A stretch of 64,000 bases of DNA. Origin: Prorocentrum cordatum (lineage: Eukaryota). Location: positions 434,001 to 498,000 of the forward strand of contig CAUYUJ010000325.1 of the NCBI GenBank assembly GCA_963575745.1, written 5' to 3'. Position 1 is the first letter of the stretch. Each line of letters opens with the position of its first letter. Below are positions 12,201 through 21,281 of the stretch, one piece after another. Under the pieces are notes generated by a model. The model did no database searches, had not been told where the DNA came from, and was given only the letters and a program-made list of their open reading frames with translations. The position numbers and the translations under genes were made by a program.

Positions 12201-12484
12201 ATGAGTGTAGTACGTGTCTGAGCTCGCCATTCAGCATGCCGTACTGCATGGCCATACCAATCCAACACATTCTGTGGCATCGCCTGTTTGCATGTACATG
12301 CCCACAGTTGCGAGCTAATCGGTATTGATGTCGCTACCTGCATATAAGTACCACTCGGTGTACTGTCTTGCATATTGAACCGAATACCAAAATGACACAA
12401 ACGCATCCGTATCACTGAACACTTAAGATCTTCCAGGGCATCACGTACTGGAGATAACTTCCAAACATATCCTGGGGGGACCAA
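9254..12484 (-). CDS. Element B Pol segment: C5-methyltransferase-like domain, tandem CxxC-H-C motifs, HHCC + DDE integrase
   Basis: Integrase zinc finger LHLRWHH...CDTCREC and core EMDLMF...LYSDGEGAL...IESRNGNLR (about 9410-10040). MTase-like motifs LDLCGGEGG, LQPSC, REQP, IDQCATG (about 10850-11460). Confidence 0.85.
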   Translation of the reverse strand: MVPPGYVWKLSPVRDALEDLKCSVIRMRLCHFGIRFNMQDSTPSGTYMQVATSIPISSQLWACTCKQAMPQNVLDWYGHAVRHAEWRAQTRTTLIRHLNDKILGSTTTYGNVPIYMNTYTRKDHNIHHYVTTNKGGPKWSDVIRRVTINLDTNAVIQDIAIADQPTGYDWHAPLPAGVANISTRLYWQPEEPVLLGNEPTQSPQKPRRVIIDDCSLPLPTLAINACTHSTATMGTQTGEQNEHVLPTESRIKQKERLKAEKEAGIKPRRIKKHVEDGSDDCGDDLSGLGQDFMATWSTDVPIELISSDEDDDLFLTLPTSMPDAHADIYSIVATLCYGHDNCVDMLDLCGGEGGISELAFSRGLSSGGNLERTTYVDLGDPSVQRVVDHYFAICYVRVAMLQPSCRTTGPPSYYNYRVIHNTWEQHRKENIPHKTTYCGKIAVAQDDARRLFMREQPTGTWVDDISPWKKLANRPHITTVRIDQCATGLKGTAGDYIKHTSSITSNDETTLKPFERLKCNGQHVHAQPCNRELSLAQTYTRRLQSASVEAVYSAKAIDTTRGNAHTSTAHAYPADLPDQAELGEGMRRIGDRIIPKVATCPACIDNVRKDSPSHNRDPTQCKYHDSISVYWPCPACQRDLTRSKGVNNHFDTEPGKCRFAVPFKLPDDHDPEGKTVPAWWKPIPKPGEGQASAPGGRQGARARPPRPRSFGNADPTSGASSYDMLGDAPERGNTPSAPSSEPPQVAARRGRLQGVPPPPDAVDEGDRLRRATRNPLASTGPGAARLPDWTRFDIQRSLQNLRSHEPRVVRKELRKLHLRWHHAKEPKMRLILDKVGLGNARLNMIKEVCDTCRECRAWERPGNSTLPSVSFPGNWLDEGEMDLMFYKKRTIFHIMDRCIRLAAGQEISDRERDAILDAYHCCWIAYRGPLKVLYSDGEGALNNDTAKAMMANKGTELRIRAPGQHATSIESRNGNLRGVLHMIEEELNRHNIPVVFTRVLAEGIFVTNAFTFYNGVSPYQAHTGRQPSFLPGLDTLGFPKGPGTSGHERERRVREVKPRNHNSSHCCGQDKSCSQG

Positions 12485-12809
12485 ATATTATGATTGTCAC
12501 ACGGAGTTTCCTGGCTTTTATCAAAAGGTTTTGGATACGTGACCAATGTGGGGCCACTCTCTTTCCTGGAGTTCGTACATGCCAGTCACCCGGGGTACTG
12601 ATCCATATGAGAGCGAAATCTCCACTGATCACCGCACCCAGGTAATCTGTGCCCACGCTCGTCATAAGCTCATTGTGGGAAATACGATCACAGATATAAC
12701 CACGGGCGCGGAGGTCGGCGCAAGCCTCTCTCGCATCTTCAATGACAAAAGCCCTTTTACTAAGGCAGGTTACCCCGCTGTCCTCGTTACCCCCCGGCTT
12801 TTCGGCCAA
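12441..12809 (-). CDS. Element B polyprotein fragment: first, more degenerate methyltransferase-like module
   Basis: DFALIWISTP...IIIFGPP continues after a frameshift into PPGYVW...RMRLCHFG, paralleling the motif spacing of the second module. Confidence 0.4.
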   Translation of the reverse strand: MAEKPGGNEDSGVTCLSKRAFVIEDAREACADLRARGYICDRISHNELMTSVGTDYLGAVISGDFALIWISTPGDWHVRTPGKRVAPHWSRIQNLLIKARKLRVTIIIFGPPRICLEVISST

Positions 12810-12848
12810 CAGGCAAGACGACGAGGGGGCGACGTCGCCCTGCCATCT

Positions 12849-15800
12849 TCAAGATAAAGAAGATGTGCCTGCAATGTCTGCCAGCATCTGGGCTTCCTTC
12901 AGATGCTGGAGCTCAGCACTGCAGCGCGCCGTGGCCTCAGAGGCGGATTGCTCCGCAAATGCTGTCAGCATGGATAGATTATCCATCAGCTGTTTCAGCA
13001 CGCCTTTGGACCTCGCGTCGCTGACTGTCTGCAGCTCACGGTTCGTGTACCCCATCACTATCTTCCGGCGGGACCGTGCAGAGTCCATGGGTACACTTCC
13101 ACCATGCTGGGCCAGTGTCCTGGCTACGAAGCAATCGAACGTCTCAAGATCGTCGATGCTGTCGCCTCTCATCGTAGCCTTGGCGAGCGTCTCCATCAAC
13201 CCCTGAGGCAGGTTTCCCTGCAATTGCTCGCGCTCCTGCGCCGGGGTCGGTTCGCCCGTCAGCACCGTCTGGAATGACGTGCTGCTTGAGCTCGAGGCGG
13301 GTTGCCCCGCAGCTCCAAATCGATCACACCTGATCGACAGATGCCCTGACGGCAACTTCGTCGTCGGCATGATCTTGGAGCCCTCGGGGAGCTCCATCTT
13401 GACCTGCCCCTTCCCAGGGAATATCAGCTTCTCCTGGCCTCGTTCAAGCACAATGATCGTGCGTTTGTCCTGCGTACTATCGAGGCCTAGGATGGCTGGC
13501 AGGTCTTTGCCACAGCCTGACACAATGTTCGTCTTGTACGAATCGAGCTGGGTCGACCCCTGGTACTCGCAGGCAATGCTGAATGTGCCTACGGTATCCG
13601 CTGGGGCCGACCCTTCGCCCACCCCGTTGATGTTCAAACGGGAACGGGGCTCGAACGTACAAGTACGGCCGTGCGCCTCAGCAGCCTGGACGAACTTGCG
13701 GCTCGTGTTCTCGCCCATGATGTTGATCTCCGAGCCTACATCGATGAGGATAGAGTTCCCACCATCGTCCAAGAACGTCTTACTCGGCTGCTTGACGCGC
13801 ACCGTTTCTGAAGTTTCGGCTATGCTGTTTGGCGGGTTTCCCCGCAGGTCATTTGTACTCCCTGGCGGGTTACCCCGCATGACGCTGGCATACGGCCTGC
13901 CTTCGGCCATACGTACCAGGTCGATGTACTGGAAATACGACACGTGCTGGACATGATCGCCACGCTCCTCCCGCCAGTTGGCATACTCATCACGTATGCT
14001 CTTATACTGCTCGCGGGTCGTGCGTCTCGTCAGCGTCAGATACGAGTGAAGGGCAATGTCCTGCAACCCCTCATTCGTGAGGTGATCCCTGTACTGCAGC
14101 CACTCCTCGAACTCCTCGTTCGTCGCTGTGATGTCGACGGCCCTGGCTGCTGTTGCTGCTGTTGCAACTGAGGAGTCTGAGAGGTCAAACGACGCACCAT
14201 CAGTCTCGGGATTGTCGGCATCCAGCATAAAGGTTGTGTGCGCATTTTCCATTTGATTCTGGAAATGCCGAACACGCAACTCACGCAGATGATCAGGGTC
14301 CAGTGCCAGCTCTGCCCCGCCCCCACTCTGGGGAGACATCTGAGGAGTGTTAGGCAGGTTTCCCTGCTGAGGCACCGTCATCGGGATAAGCTGATCGAAG
14401 TATCCCGTCTCCATTGGCGGCCTCACCTCCTCTGGCAGGTTTCCCTGCTGTTGGGGCTGAGCTGTCTGCCTGTCTAGCATCCTGGCCGTCATCTCCTCCA
14501 CCATGCTCCTCAAATCCCGCAGCTCCCTCGCTGCTTGCTCAGGAGTCTGAGTGAAAGAGCTGGTCCATGGGAATGATGACGCTATGATGCCAGGTGCTCG
14601 GCAGATAGCACATGGTGGCTGCTGAGGATCTCCCTCGCGCTGGTTTGCGACATGGCCCACCACGTTTGAATTCCAGCACCCCTCATGGAATAAGTGATTA
14701 CACCTCAAACGGTAAACGCTCTCCCTGGGCTGAAATTCTCCGAGGCATACCGCGCAGGTATCTTCCATCCCAGCGAACACTTCCACATCTGCTGCTCTGG
14801 GATATACCCGCCGCTGTCTCTCCAAGACCGTCCCGGAGGGCATGAAGGCTGCTGGGGGATCCCCTGATGGATCCAGCACCTCCGGCACTCCGGCAGCTGC
14901 AGCTGGAGGAGCTGCTGGCACGGAAGCTGTAGGCGCCACAGCGGGCGAGTTCCCTCGCATGGGTGAGCCTCTGTTCCTCACGACCTCAAGCGCGGCTGCA
15001 CGCGAATGATCACGCACGTTCTGCACGGTCTGTCTGCGCCTAAAGCATGCCTGTTGGGTGTGGCATGTCTGCCCGATATAATCAGGCACACCTCTACTGC
15101 CAGACGATATCGAATGGGCAGTGGGCTGGACAGCCACATCTGGCGTCGTCGGCGCAGGCATAAAGGCCATGTGCGGATACATGGACTGATCACTACAGCG
15201 CACGTGAGTGAGGCTGTGGAACTGATCCACCATTTCACGAACAAACTTGTTCGGGACTCTAGACCCATCAGGGTACAGTGGCGGATTCATGCGTGCTGGC
15301 GGTGGCCTCTGGCCCTGGGCCATGCTCGGGTGAGCATTGAAGGCTGGGATGAAGGCTCGTTGCCGAGCAGGATCCCTTGGATTGGGACCCTCTGGCTCCC
15401 AGGACCAGGCCGGCCTCCACCTCTGGCCACTCGGGTGAGGCAGGTTATGGCTCTGCACCTGTTGCACAGCAGCCGCCACTCTTGCACGGAAGTCATCAGG
15501 CACACCAGCGACTGTGGTTTGTTCAGCAAACGGTCGATGATGGCTTGGGGTGCCGGGCAGGTTTCCCTGCTGACTCGTTGGAGTGCCTGGCGGCATCATG
15601 TTCAGGAGAGCCGTGCCATGCTCGGCCCCGGCCGCTGCGATCCTCTCCATGAGGGTGCCGTTCGTGACAGGGCGGCCAGGAGTCCCGAACGGAGACTGTG
15701 CAGGTGGCGTAGCCATTAGGGTCACGACCCTCGGCGTGTGCATACTCTGCGAGGGGCTACCATGCATCTGCTCAAATCGAGCAGGCTCTCCAAAGATGCG

Positions 15801-15908
15801 GCCGAACGTCTGCGGGTCTCCCTGCGGCTCAGACATCTCAGCTCTGAGTCCATTTATAGGCAGGTTTCCCTGCATGGCCTGACGATTTCGCGTCGCAATG
15901 GCGGACAT
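12849..15908 (-). CDS. Element B polyprotein segment with RING-H2 finger (14599-14757) and retropepsin-like aspartic protease (about 13330-13760)
   Basis: RING: CAVCLGEF...LRCNHLFHEGCW...CAICR. Protease: ILIDVGSEINIMG...INGVG...LPAILGLD. Confidence 0.85.
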   Translation of the reverse strand: MSAIATRNRQAMQGNLPINGLRAEMSEPQGDPQTFGRIFGEPARFEQMHGSPSQSMHTPRVVTLMATPPAQSPFGTPGRPVTNGTLMERIAAAGAEHGTALLNMMPPGTPTSQQGNLPGTPSHHRPFAEQTTVAGVPDDFRARVAAAVQQVQSHNLPHPSGQRWRPAWSWEPEGPNPRDPARQRAFIPAFNAHPSMAQGQRPPPARMNPPLYPDGSRVPNKFVREMVDQFHSLTHVRCSDQSMYPHMAFMPAPTTPDVAVQPTAHSISSGSRGVPDYIGQTCHTQQACFRRRQTVQNVRDHSRAAALEVVRNRGSPMRGNSPAVAPTASVPAAPPAAAAGVPEVLDPSGDPPAAFMPSGTVLERQRRVYPRAADVEVFAGMEDTCAVCLGEFQPRESVYRLRCNHLFHEGCWNSNVVGHVANQREGDPQQPPCAICRAPGIIASSFPWTSSFTQTPEQAARELRDLRSMVEEMTARMLDRQTAQPQQQGNLPEEVRPPMETGYFDQLIPMTVPQQGNLPNTPQMSPQSGGGAELALDPDHLRELRVRHFQNQMENAHTTFMLDADNPETDGASFDLSDSSVATAATAARAVDITATNEEFEEWLQYRDHLTNEGLQDIALHSYLTLTRRTTREQYKSIRDEYANWREERGDHVQHVSYFQYIDLVRMAEGRPYASVMRGNPPGSTNDLRGNPPNSIAETSETVRVKQPSKTFLDDGGNSILIDVGSEINIMGENTSRKFVQAAEAHGRTCTFEPRSRLNINGVGEGSAPADTVGTFSIACEYQGSTQLDSYKTNIVSGCGKDLPAILGLDSTQDKRTIIVLERGQEKLIFPGKGQVKMELPEGSKIMPTTKLPSGHLSIRCDRFGAAGQPASSSSSTSFQTVLTGEPTPAQEREQLQGNLPQGLMETLAKATMRGDSIDDLETFDCFVARTLAQHGGSVPMDSARSRRKIVMGYTNRELQTVSDARSKGVLKQLMDNLSMLTAFAEQSASEATARCSAELQHLKEAQMLADIAGTSSLS

Positions 15909-16324
15909 TGCTCCCTGGCCAGCGGCCCAGGGGTCTTGTTGATATAGTTAACCTGTCCGCCAATTGCTCCACCTGTTCAGGGTTCAGAGCGGCCGCTATT
16001 TGGCCCAGGTCCGAGGTGCTGATGGCCTGCCAAGCTACGGCTTGGAGCCGCGCTTCCGGCCTCGCTCTCGGTGATCATGAAGATCTGGTGGACCTCAGGC
16101 TGGTTTCCCAGCGTGGCGGGACTGTAGTGGTCCCCAACCTCCCTGTGGAGGTAGACCATGGGAGGGTCGACGCCCTCTTGGTCGCGGGACCACTGGTATT
16201 TGACGCTGGCACTGCCAGCGTCAGCCCACCTGCCAGGGGCCGACGGCGCGGCGGGGGGGACACGCGCCCGGCGATCCCCCAGGTACTCTGGATTGCGCCA
16301 GTGCTTCCCCGTGGCAAGGTCCTC

Positions 16325-17075
16325 TACATGGTAAATGTAGTACGGTTCGATGATACCGTTATTTCCCTCGGGCAAAAGGACTCCGTTATCATACCAACAG
16401 AACTTCATACCATCTTGCATGGCCTTGTGCCAATCTACGAAGATGATGATGTCGGAGTCTGGGTCCCACCCGCTGTTCACGGCACGACGGCGGACCGTCG
16501 GCGCGAAGTGGATGCGCGACCGGCCTGTCCCTCGTTTCTTCGTGTTGTGTTCGGGTCTACAAGACAGGCCGTGCCACATAATGCCTTCGAAGGCATTCCA
16601 CCGAGTGCCATGCATGGCGACCTCGGGGCACGGGGCCGGTATCCCGGCAGGTTGGTCGCACAGTACAATATAATTGTACAGCGACCATGGAGCTTTCAAT
16701 GTCCACGAATGCCCCTGAGAGGCGCGGATGAAGATCTCGGGCTCGCCGGAGTCCCGCGCTAACACCTTGAACTGAAGGCGTTGTTTTTCTTCTCCGTTTG
16801 GTTCGCGGACATGAACCACTTCCATCATGATGGCCGCCAACTGGTCCACCGATCGACCATATAGGTTCGCGGTGATGACTTTGGCCTCATCATGTCTGGG
16901 ATTGTACCCATCATGCCTCGATCGCCCGGTTTTCCACGGATACTCATTTATGAGCTCTACGAGGTTAATCCAGCCATCATGATCATCGAATGTAGCCAGA
17001 CCCCACACAGGATTGTGTGCTTTGTCCGGCGCATGTCAGCATATCCTACTGAGAGCTTTGCTCAGTTGCTTGAGG
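16325..17075 (-). pseudogene. TPT1: Tpt1/KptA RNA 2'-phosphotransferase domain within the element B polyprotein (one in-frame stop)
   Basis: LSKALSRIC*H...DHDGWINL...KQRLQF...IRASQGHS...MHGT...GLS...RSRIHFA...IFVDWHKAMQDGMKF...NGVLLPEGNNGIIEP contains the Tpt1 hallmark motifs in order. ORFs 17036-18067 and 15977-17008 are in the same frame. Confidence 0.9.
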
Positions 17076-19109
17076 GTGTGGTTGGATCTCGGGATAATGT
17101 TTTCTTGCCTGCACTTTCTCACGAATTCCTCATCCACCGAGCGTATCGGCGGGGGCTTCCGCAGAGCAAGTCTATCCCTGATCACATTCGGAGTCCCACT
17201 GGTGAAGGACGCGTCTCCTGGGCGGCGCAGCTGATCCACGGGCGGGTTTCCCCGCGCAGGAGCCTCTGTCGCTGAAGAGGCTGCGGCTCCTGGAGAGGAG
17301 GAAGCTGCAGCAGCAGCGCCTGGCGGGTTTCCCCGCGGTGATCCGCGACTGGCGCTACCCCTAATCGTCGGCACCCAGGTGCCCCTAGACAGAGCACCTT
17401 CGTCGGACCTTTTGGAACGGGCCGCCACAGGCGAAGCTGGCGCAGGGGCGTACCCTGTGCGCTCGAAAGCCATCGCCTTCTGAGCAATGGAACTGCTGCG
17501 ACTAGGCGGGCGTCTCCGTTCCTCCACAGAGTCCTGAGGTTGCTGCTTGGGCTCAGATCCTTGTGCTGGAGTTGCGCCAATCGGTGATCTCGGCGTTACA
17601 GAGCGAGGCGCCTCCATCTGCACATCTGGCCCAGGATCCTCAGAGCGTGCCTTCGGCCTCATTTCCGAAGACGACTTCGGTGCTGGAGTTTCACTCTTAG
17701 CCTTCGATTGTAGTGGGAGCGGGGGCTTCTTAGCCCCCTTCATGTAAATCCTTTGGGAGTCCATCAGCATTTGGCGAGTTGCCTCGCGTGTGCGTTCTTC
17801 TGCTATTCGCATACGTTCCTCATCCGCCGCAACTCGCCGGGCCTTCTGTTCATCCTTGTTCGCTGGTTCTGGCTGTTGGGACTGGCTGGAAAAGCCGGGC
17901 GAGTTTCCTCGCATTCCAGGAAGACTAAAGAGCGCGTCTTTTTCTTCCTGGGTCATGGGCACCAGTCCCCTTGGAGCCGGAGGAGGCTGATCCTTTTTGT
18001 CTTTCGGCTCCATGTGACCCATGATCCCGAGACGACGATTGATCTCTGCGATCTTGTCCTGTGTCATCGGGATCAGTGGCGGATGGGCGCCTTCCTTATG
18101 AAGGGGTTTTGCCCCTGTTTGGGCTCAGACCTCCATTATTTCCTACGGGGCATCCCGGCCTGTGGTTCTGGAACGGCTCGGAACATGGTCCGCAAGCTGC
18201 TGGAGGCCTATGCAACTTGCGAGCCGCGATAACGTTTCGCAGCTGTGTCCGCACTTCTTCAATTTCAGGGCGGCGGATGTTTGTTGCGAGATGATAGCCT
18301 CCGCGGATGGCCTCACCCTGAGCGCCCCTATAGGCAGGGTTGCCCTTGCCGAAGGCCGAGTGTTCCCCTTTACGGCGTCTTGGGTCATTGTAAGGAAGTA
18401 GTTCACCTCCTCGCCAGAGAGCGTGTTCCTTTGGGCCAGCCTGCCTATACTCACGAGGAAGCCGGGCCTGTGGATGTGGCTCTCCTCTGACGCGCGGATG
18501 GGAACGAGACCTTCCTGCATTCTCATCAGAAGAGGCTGCCGACGCAGCCTGAGTGGAAGCTGGCGGAGGCGCCGGCGGAGGCCCCTGTGCGATCCCAGGT
18601 GGATCGGCTAGTAGAGGCGGGTTGCCCTGCTGACTGGAGCCTGGCGCACATGGCGCTTGTGCCGATGGTGATGGTGCATCAGGCTCGTCAGGATCAAAGT
18701 CCACCTCTTCCTCACCGGTGACCTCCATCATGAGGACTGTGGCTTCATCCTCGCATAGCCCGCAACCATCGCCCTCTTCTTCTTCTGATGTAGAACTGCC
18801 AATGATGATGGCCATTGGCGCAGCCGGGACAGGCAGGTCCCCCTGCATAACCGGCGTCTGTGCGTCGCTCGGCTGTCCCGGAGTAGGCGGCGCGGTTGTC
18901 GGCTCAGGCTCGTTGCCGAGCACAGGCTGCCCAGCAACGTTGCGCATGGCGGTGTGATTTGGCCATCGCCCCGCCGCCTGGAGACCCCATCCTGGCGGCG
19001 GAAGAGCCTGGCCGCGCATGGCGATGGCCCTTTCAAGGGCATCGCGCCATCTCCCTCGGGAGTACCACACATGTCTCTGCACGCCCTCAGGATGCACACT
19101 GTCAGTCAA
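17076..19109 (-). CDS. Pro/Ala/Ser-rich, probably disordered linker segments of the element B polyprotein
   Basis: Consecutive minus-strand ORFs 18096-19109 and 17036-18067 lie between Gag and Tpt1. No recognisable domain. Confidence 0.55.
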
Positions 19110-20253
19110 TAAGGGTCAAGGCTGCCAACACTAACTCCGAGTCGTCGCAGGCGTCAGTGTCCTGCAGCATCACGATGCCAGCTTCGATGCTTTCTTGACT
19201 CTCGGGATATGCGATGGTCAATACCTCGTGCATCCTCATGAGGGTTTGCAGTAGTGTGCGTGGTCCGCACTCGCCTGGAGCAAGCGAACCAGGGGGTACA
19301 AATGGGACCTCTGGTGCGCCTGCAACGAAAGCTTGAACGAACGCTTGAGACCCCATTTCTACAAGTTCATCATGATTTCGGGGATAGATAGGCCTGTTTC
19401 CAGGCGGGAGTTCGGGTGGAGGTTGGAGGTTGCGGCCAACCTCTGAAAGCGAGGCCTCTACAGTGACGTCCTCGTCACTGCTCTCGTAGGCCATGATGTT
19501 GCCTGGGTCCCCGAACATCCAGTCGAAGAAAGATAAAGGCTGGTTTCCCAGCGTTCCGTGTTCCACGGGAGTGAGCTCGTTGTCGCCAACAACGAACCTG
19601 CGGACGTACTCGAGATAGTACGCGTACAAGCCATGACCATACGCCTCGAGCTCGTCGACGTTGTCCATGCAACTGACCCAAGTGTAAAATATCTGTTCCA
19701 TGGCCTCAAAATCCTGGAGGCTCAGATATTCGATGAATGGTTCACTTGAGCCAAAATGGACTTCGGTCGATCTGCCCTTCCCGTTTCCCTTCGCTGGACG
19801 ATCTCTCACAAGATGGTCGGCACTGTCACACTCATGGCACTTTAGAACCTGGCCGTCTCTACCCCGCGGGTTTCCCCGCCTACCTTTGCCTTTTCCTGAG
19901 GTCTCTCTACGGCCTTTGCCGCGGCCCTTTCCCCCGAAGAATATCCCATCATACTGTTCATCTGAGAGCCTCTGGAGGAATGCCGTGACGCCTCGTCCAT
20001 TCAACCTCCGACGACCTCGTTTGCCTTTACCTTTTCCTTTGAAGCTCCTCCGTATCCTCCTCCTAACACGACGCGCTGGTTTTCGTGTGAATCTCCTCCA
20101 CCTCCGTTTAGCCTGTTGTAATAACCAAAACAAATGTTCAGTACGCTGATTGTCATTTTCCATATTCATGATATCTGACCAATCTAAGGCTTCAGCACCG
20201 TCTGATGATGTAGTATCTGTGTCGGTGCCGGAGTCGAAATCATCGTCTCCCAA
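19102..20253 (-). CDS. Gag C-terminus/nucleocapsid: basic KGKG repeats and degenerate CCHC knuckle
   Basis: AKRRWRRF...KGKGKG...NPRGRDGQVLKCHECDSADHLVRDRP; the last Cys has become Arg. Confidence 0.8.
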   Translation of the reverse strand: MGDDDFDSGTDTDTTSSDGAEALDWSDIMNMENDNQRTEHLFWLLQQAKRRWRRFTRKPARRVRRRIRRSFKGKGKGKRGRRRLNGRGVTAFLQRLSDEQYDGIFFGGKGRGKGRRETSGKGKGRRGNPRGRDGQVLKCHECDSADHLVRDRPAKGNGKGRSTEVHFGSSEPFIEYLSLQDFEAMEQIFYTWVSCMDNVDELEAYGHGLYAYYLEYVRRFVVGDNELTPVEHGTLGNQPLSFFDWMFGDPGNIMAYESSDEDVTVEASLSEVGRNLQPPPELPPGNRPIYPRNHDELVEMGSQAFVQAFVAGAPEVPFVPPGSLAPGECGPRTLLQTLMRMHEVLTIAYPESQESIEAGIVMLQDTDACDDSELVLAALTLID

Positions 20254-20441
20254 GTAGGTGGATACACCGTCGGTTAGGGGGTTTGATCCACCCCATAGAG
20301 AACGGTGTGGTTGAGGCTCTCTAGAAGGAGGGCTGGTTGCCCAGCTCGGTTGTGGTCGATCCCCTGCTAATAGAGCAGTGTATTCTCCAGGATCGTCGGC
20401 CCATATGCTTGAGGGCCCGTTTCCAGGCTGGGCTTCAGTGG

Positions 20442-21281
20442 TTAAGGTAGTGTAGAAATTCCCACAGCTGATCCCCTTCCCCTTCCAAACACAGATCCTA
20501 TGTTACCAGGAGACCGTTCTGATAGGTGACCTATCGAACGCACCCTCTCCAGCAACTCATCATATTGTTTCTGTGTTCGGGGCGTTTGGTGGTTGAGTGG
20601 CTGTAAGAGTTGCATAGTTCGCTGGTTGCCAACGCCCAAGGCGCGGAACAGGATCGTGGTTAGTAGTTGGAAGTTGGGAAGGTCAAATCCCACCGACTGT
20701 GCCTCAAGTCGGGCTTCGACTCGGGTAAGGGTGACATCAATTCGTTCTCCGTGAGGCACATGAAAATCGATGAGCTGCGTGCCGGAAGTGAGCTGGCGCT
20801 CATCTTCCAGGCGCTCGAACTTCATGCTTTGGAGGAACATGATGTAGGTCACTGGGTCGGTGTGGACCCCATCGATGTCAGCACCATAGTTTATAATGTC
20901 AGGCGGTACCCTCATGGCGTGTGTCCTCGCTAGGCCACCCAGGCCGCGTTGTCCGCTTGTGACGTTGAGCCACGCGTTGACCTCATAAACGTACTCGCGG
21001 AAAGGTACGTTGCCTTGAAGGTCCCAGTCTGGGCCATGTGTTTGCCCATCGGTGCTGTTGTCTCCACGACGCATGTGTCCGATTGCTGCCCCCAGCGCGA
21101 ACCATGTGATAGCGAAGATAACCAGCCCAAGGCTGTGTAGATAGGGGTGGTTATTAGGCGCGTTGCCGCGCTGGGGTAGCGCCTTGTCGAGTCTTCGAGG
21201 CGCTCTATCTGGCGGATCTCTCCACCCATGCTTCAAGTGCTGCGCTTTTGACTCGTTGCCGAGCGGTTGGTAGTAGCGCAA
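20442..21281 (-). CDS. Gag N-terminal region of element B
   Basis: GPDWDL...PFREYVYEVNAW at the first ORF after the PBS; homologous to element A. Confidence 0.7.
   Translation of the reverse strand: MRYYQPLGNESKAQHLKHGWRDPPDRAPRRLDKALPQRGNAPNNHPYLHSLGLVIFAITWFALGAAIGHMRRGDNSTDGQTHGPDWDLQGNVPFREYVYEVNAWLNVTSGQRGLGGLARTHAMRVPPDIINYGADIDGVHTDPVTYIMFLQSMKFERLEDERQLTSGTQLIDFHVPHGERIDVTLTRVEARLEAQSVGFDLPNFQLLTTILFRALGVGNQRTMQLLQPLNHQTPRTQKQYDELLERVRSIGHLSERSPGNIGSVFGRGRGSAVGISTLP

Noticed and set aside
15908..16762. Plus-strand ORFs overlapping element B (also 13279-13956 and 15006-15719)
   Set aside because: They are antisense shadows of GC-rich minus-strand coding sequence.
12849..19109. xGNxP (QGNLP/RGNPP/LGNEP) as a protein repeat or protease cleavage motif
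   Set aside because: The same nucleotide hairpin occurs in other frames and in non-coding DNA, and its stems co-vary, so it is better explained at the RNA/DNA level. A secondary protein role is not excluded.
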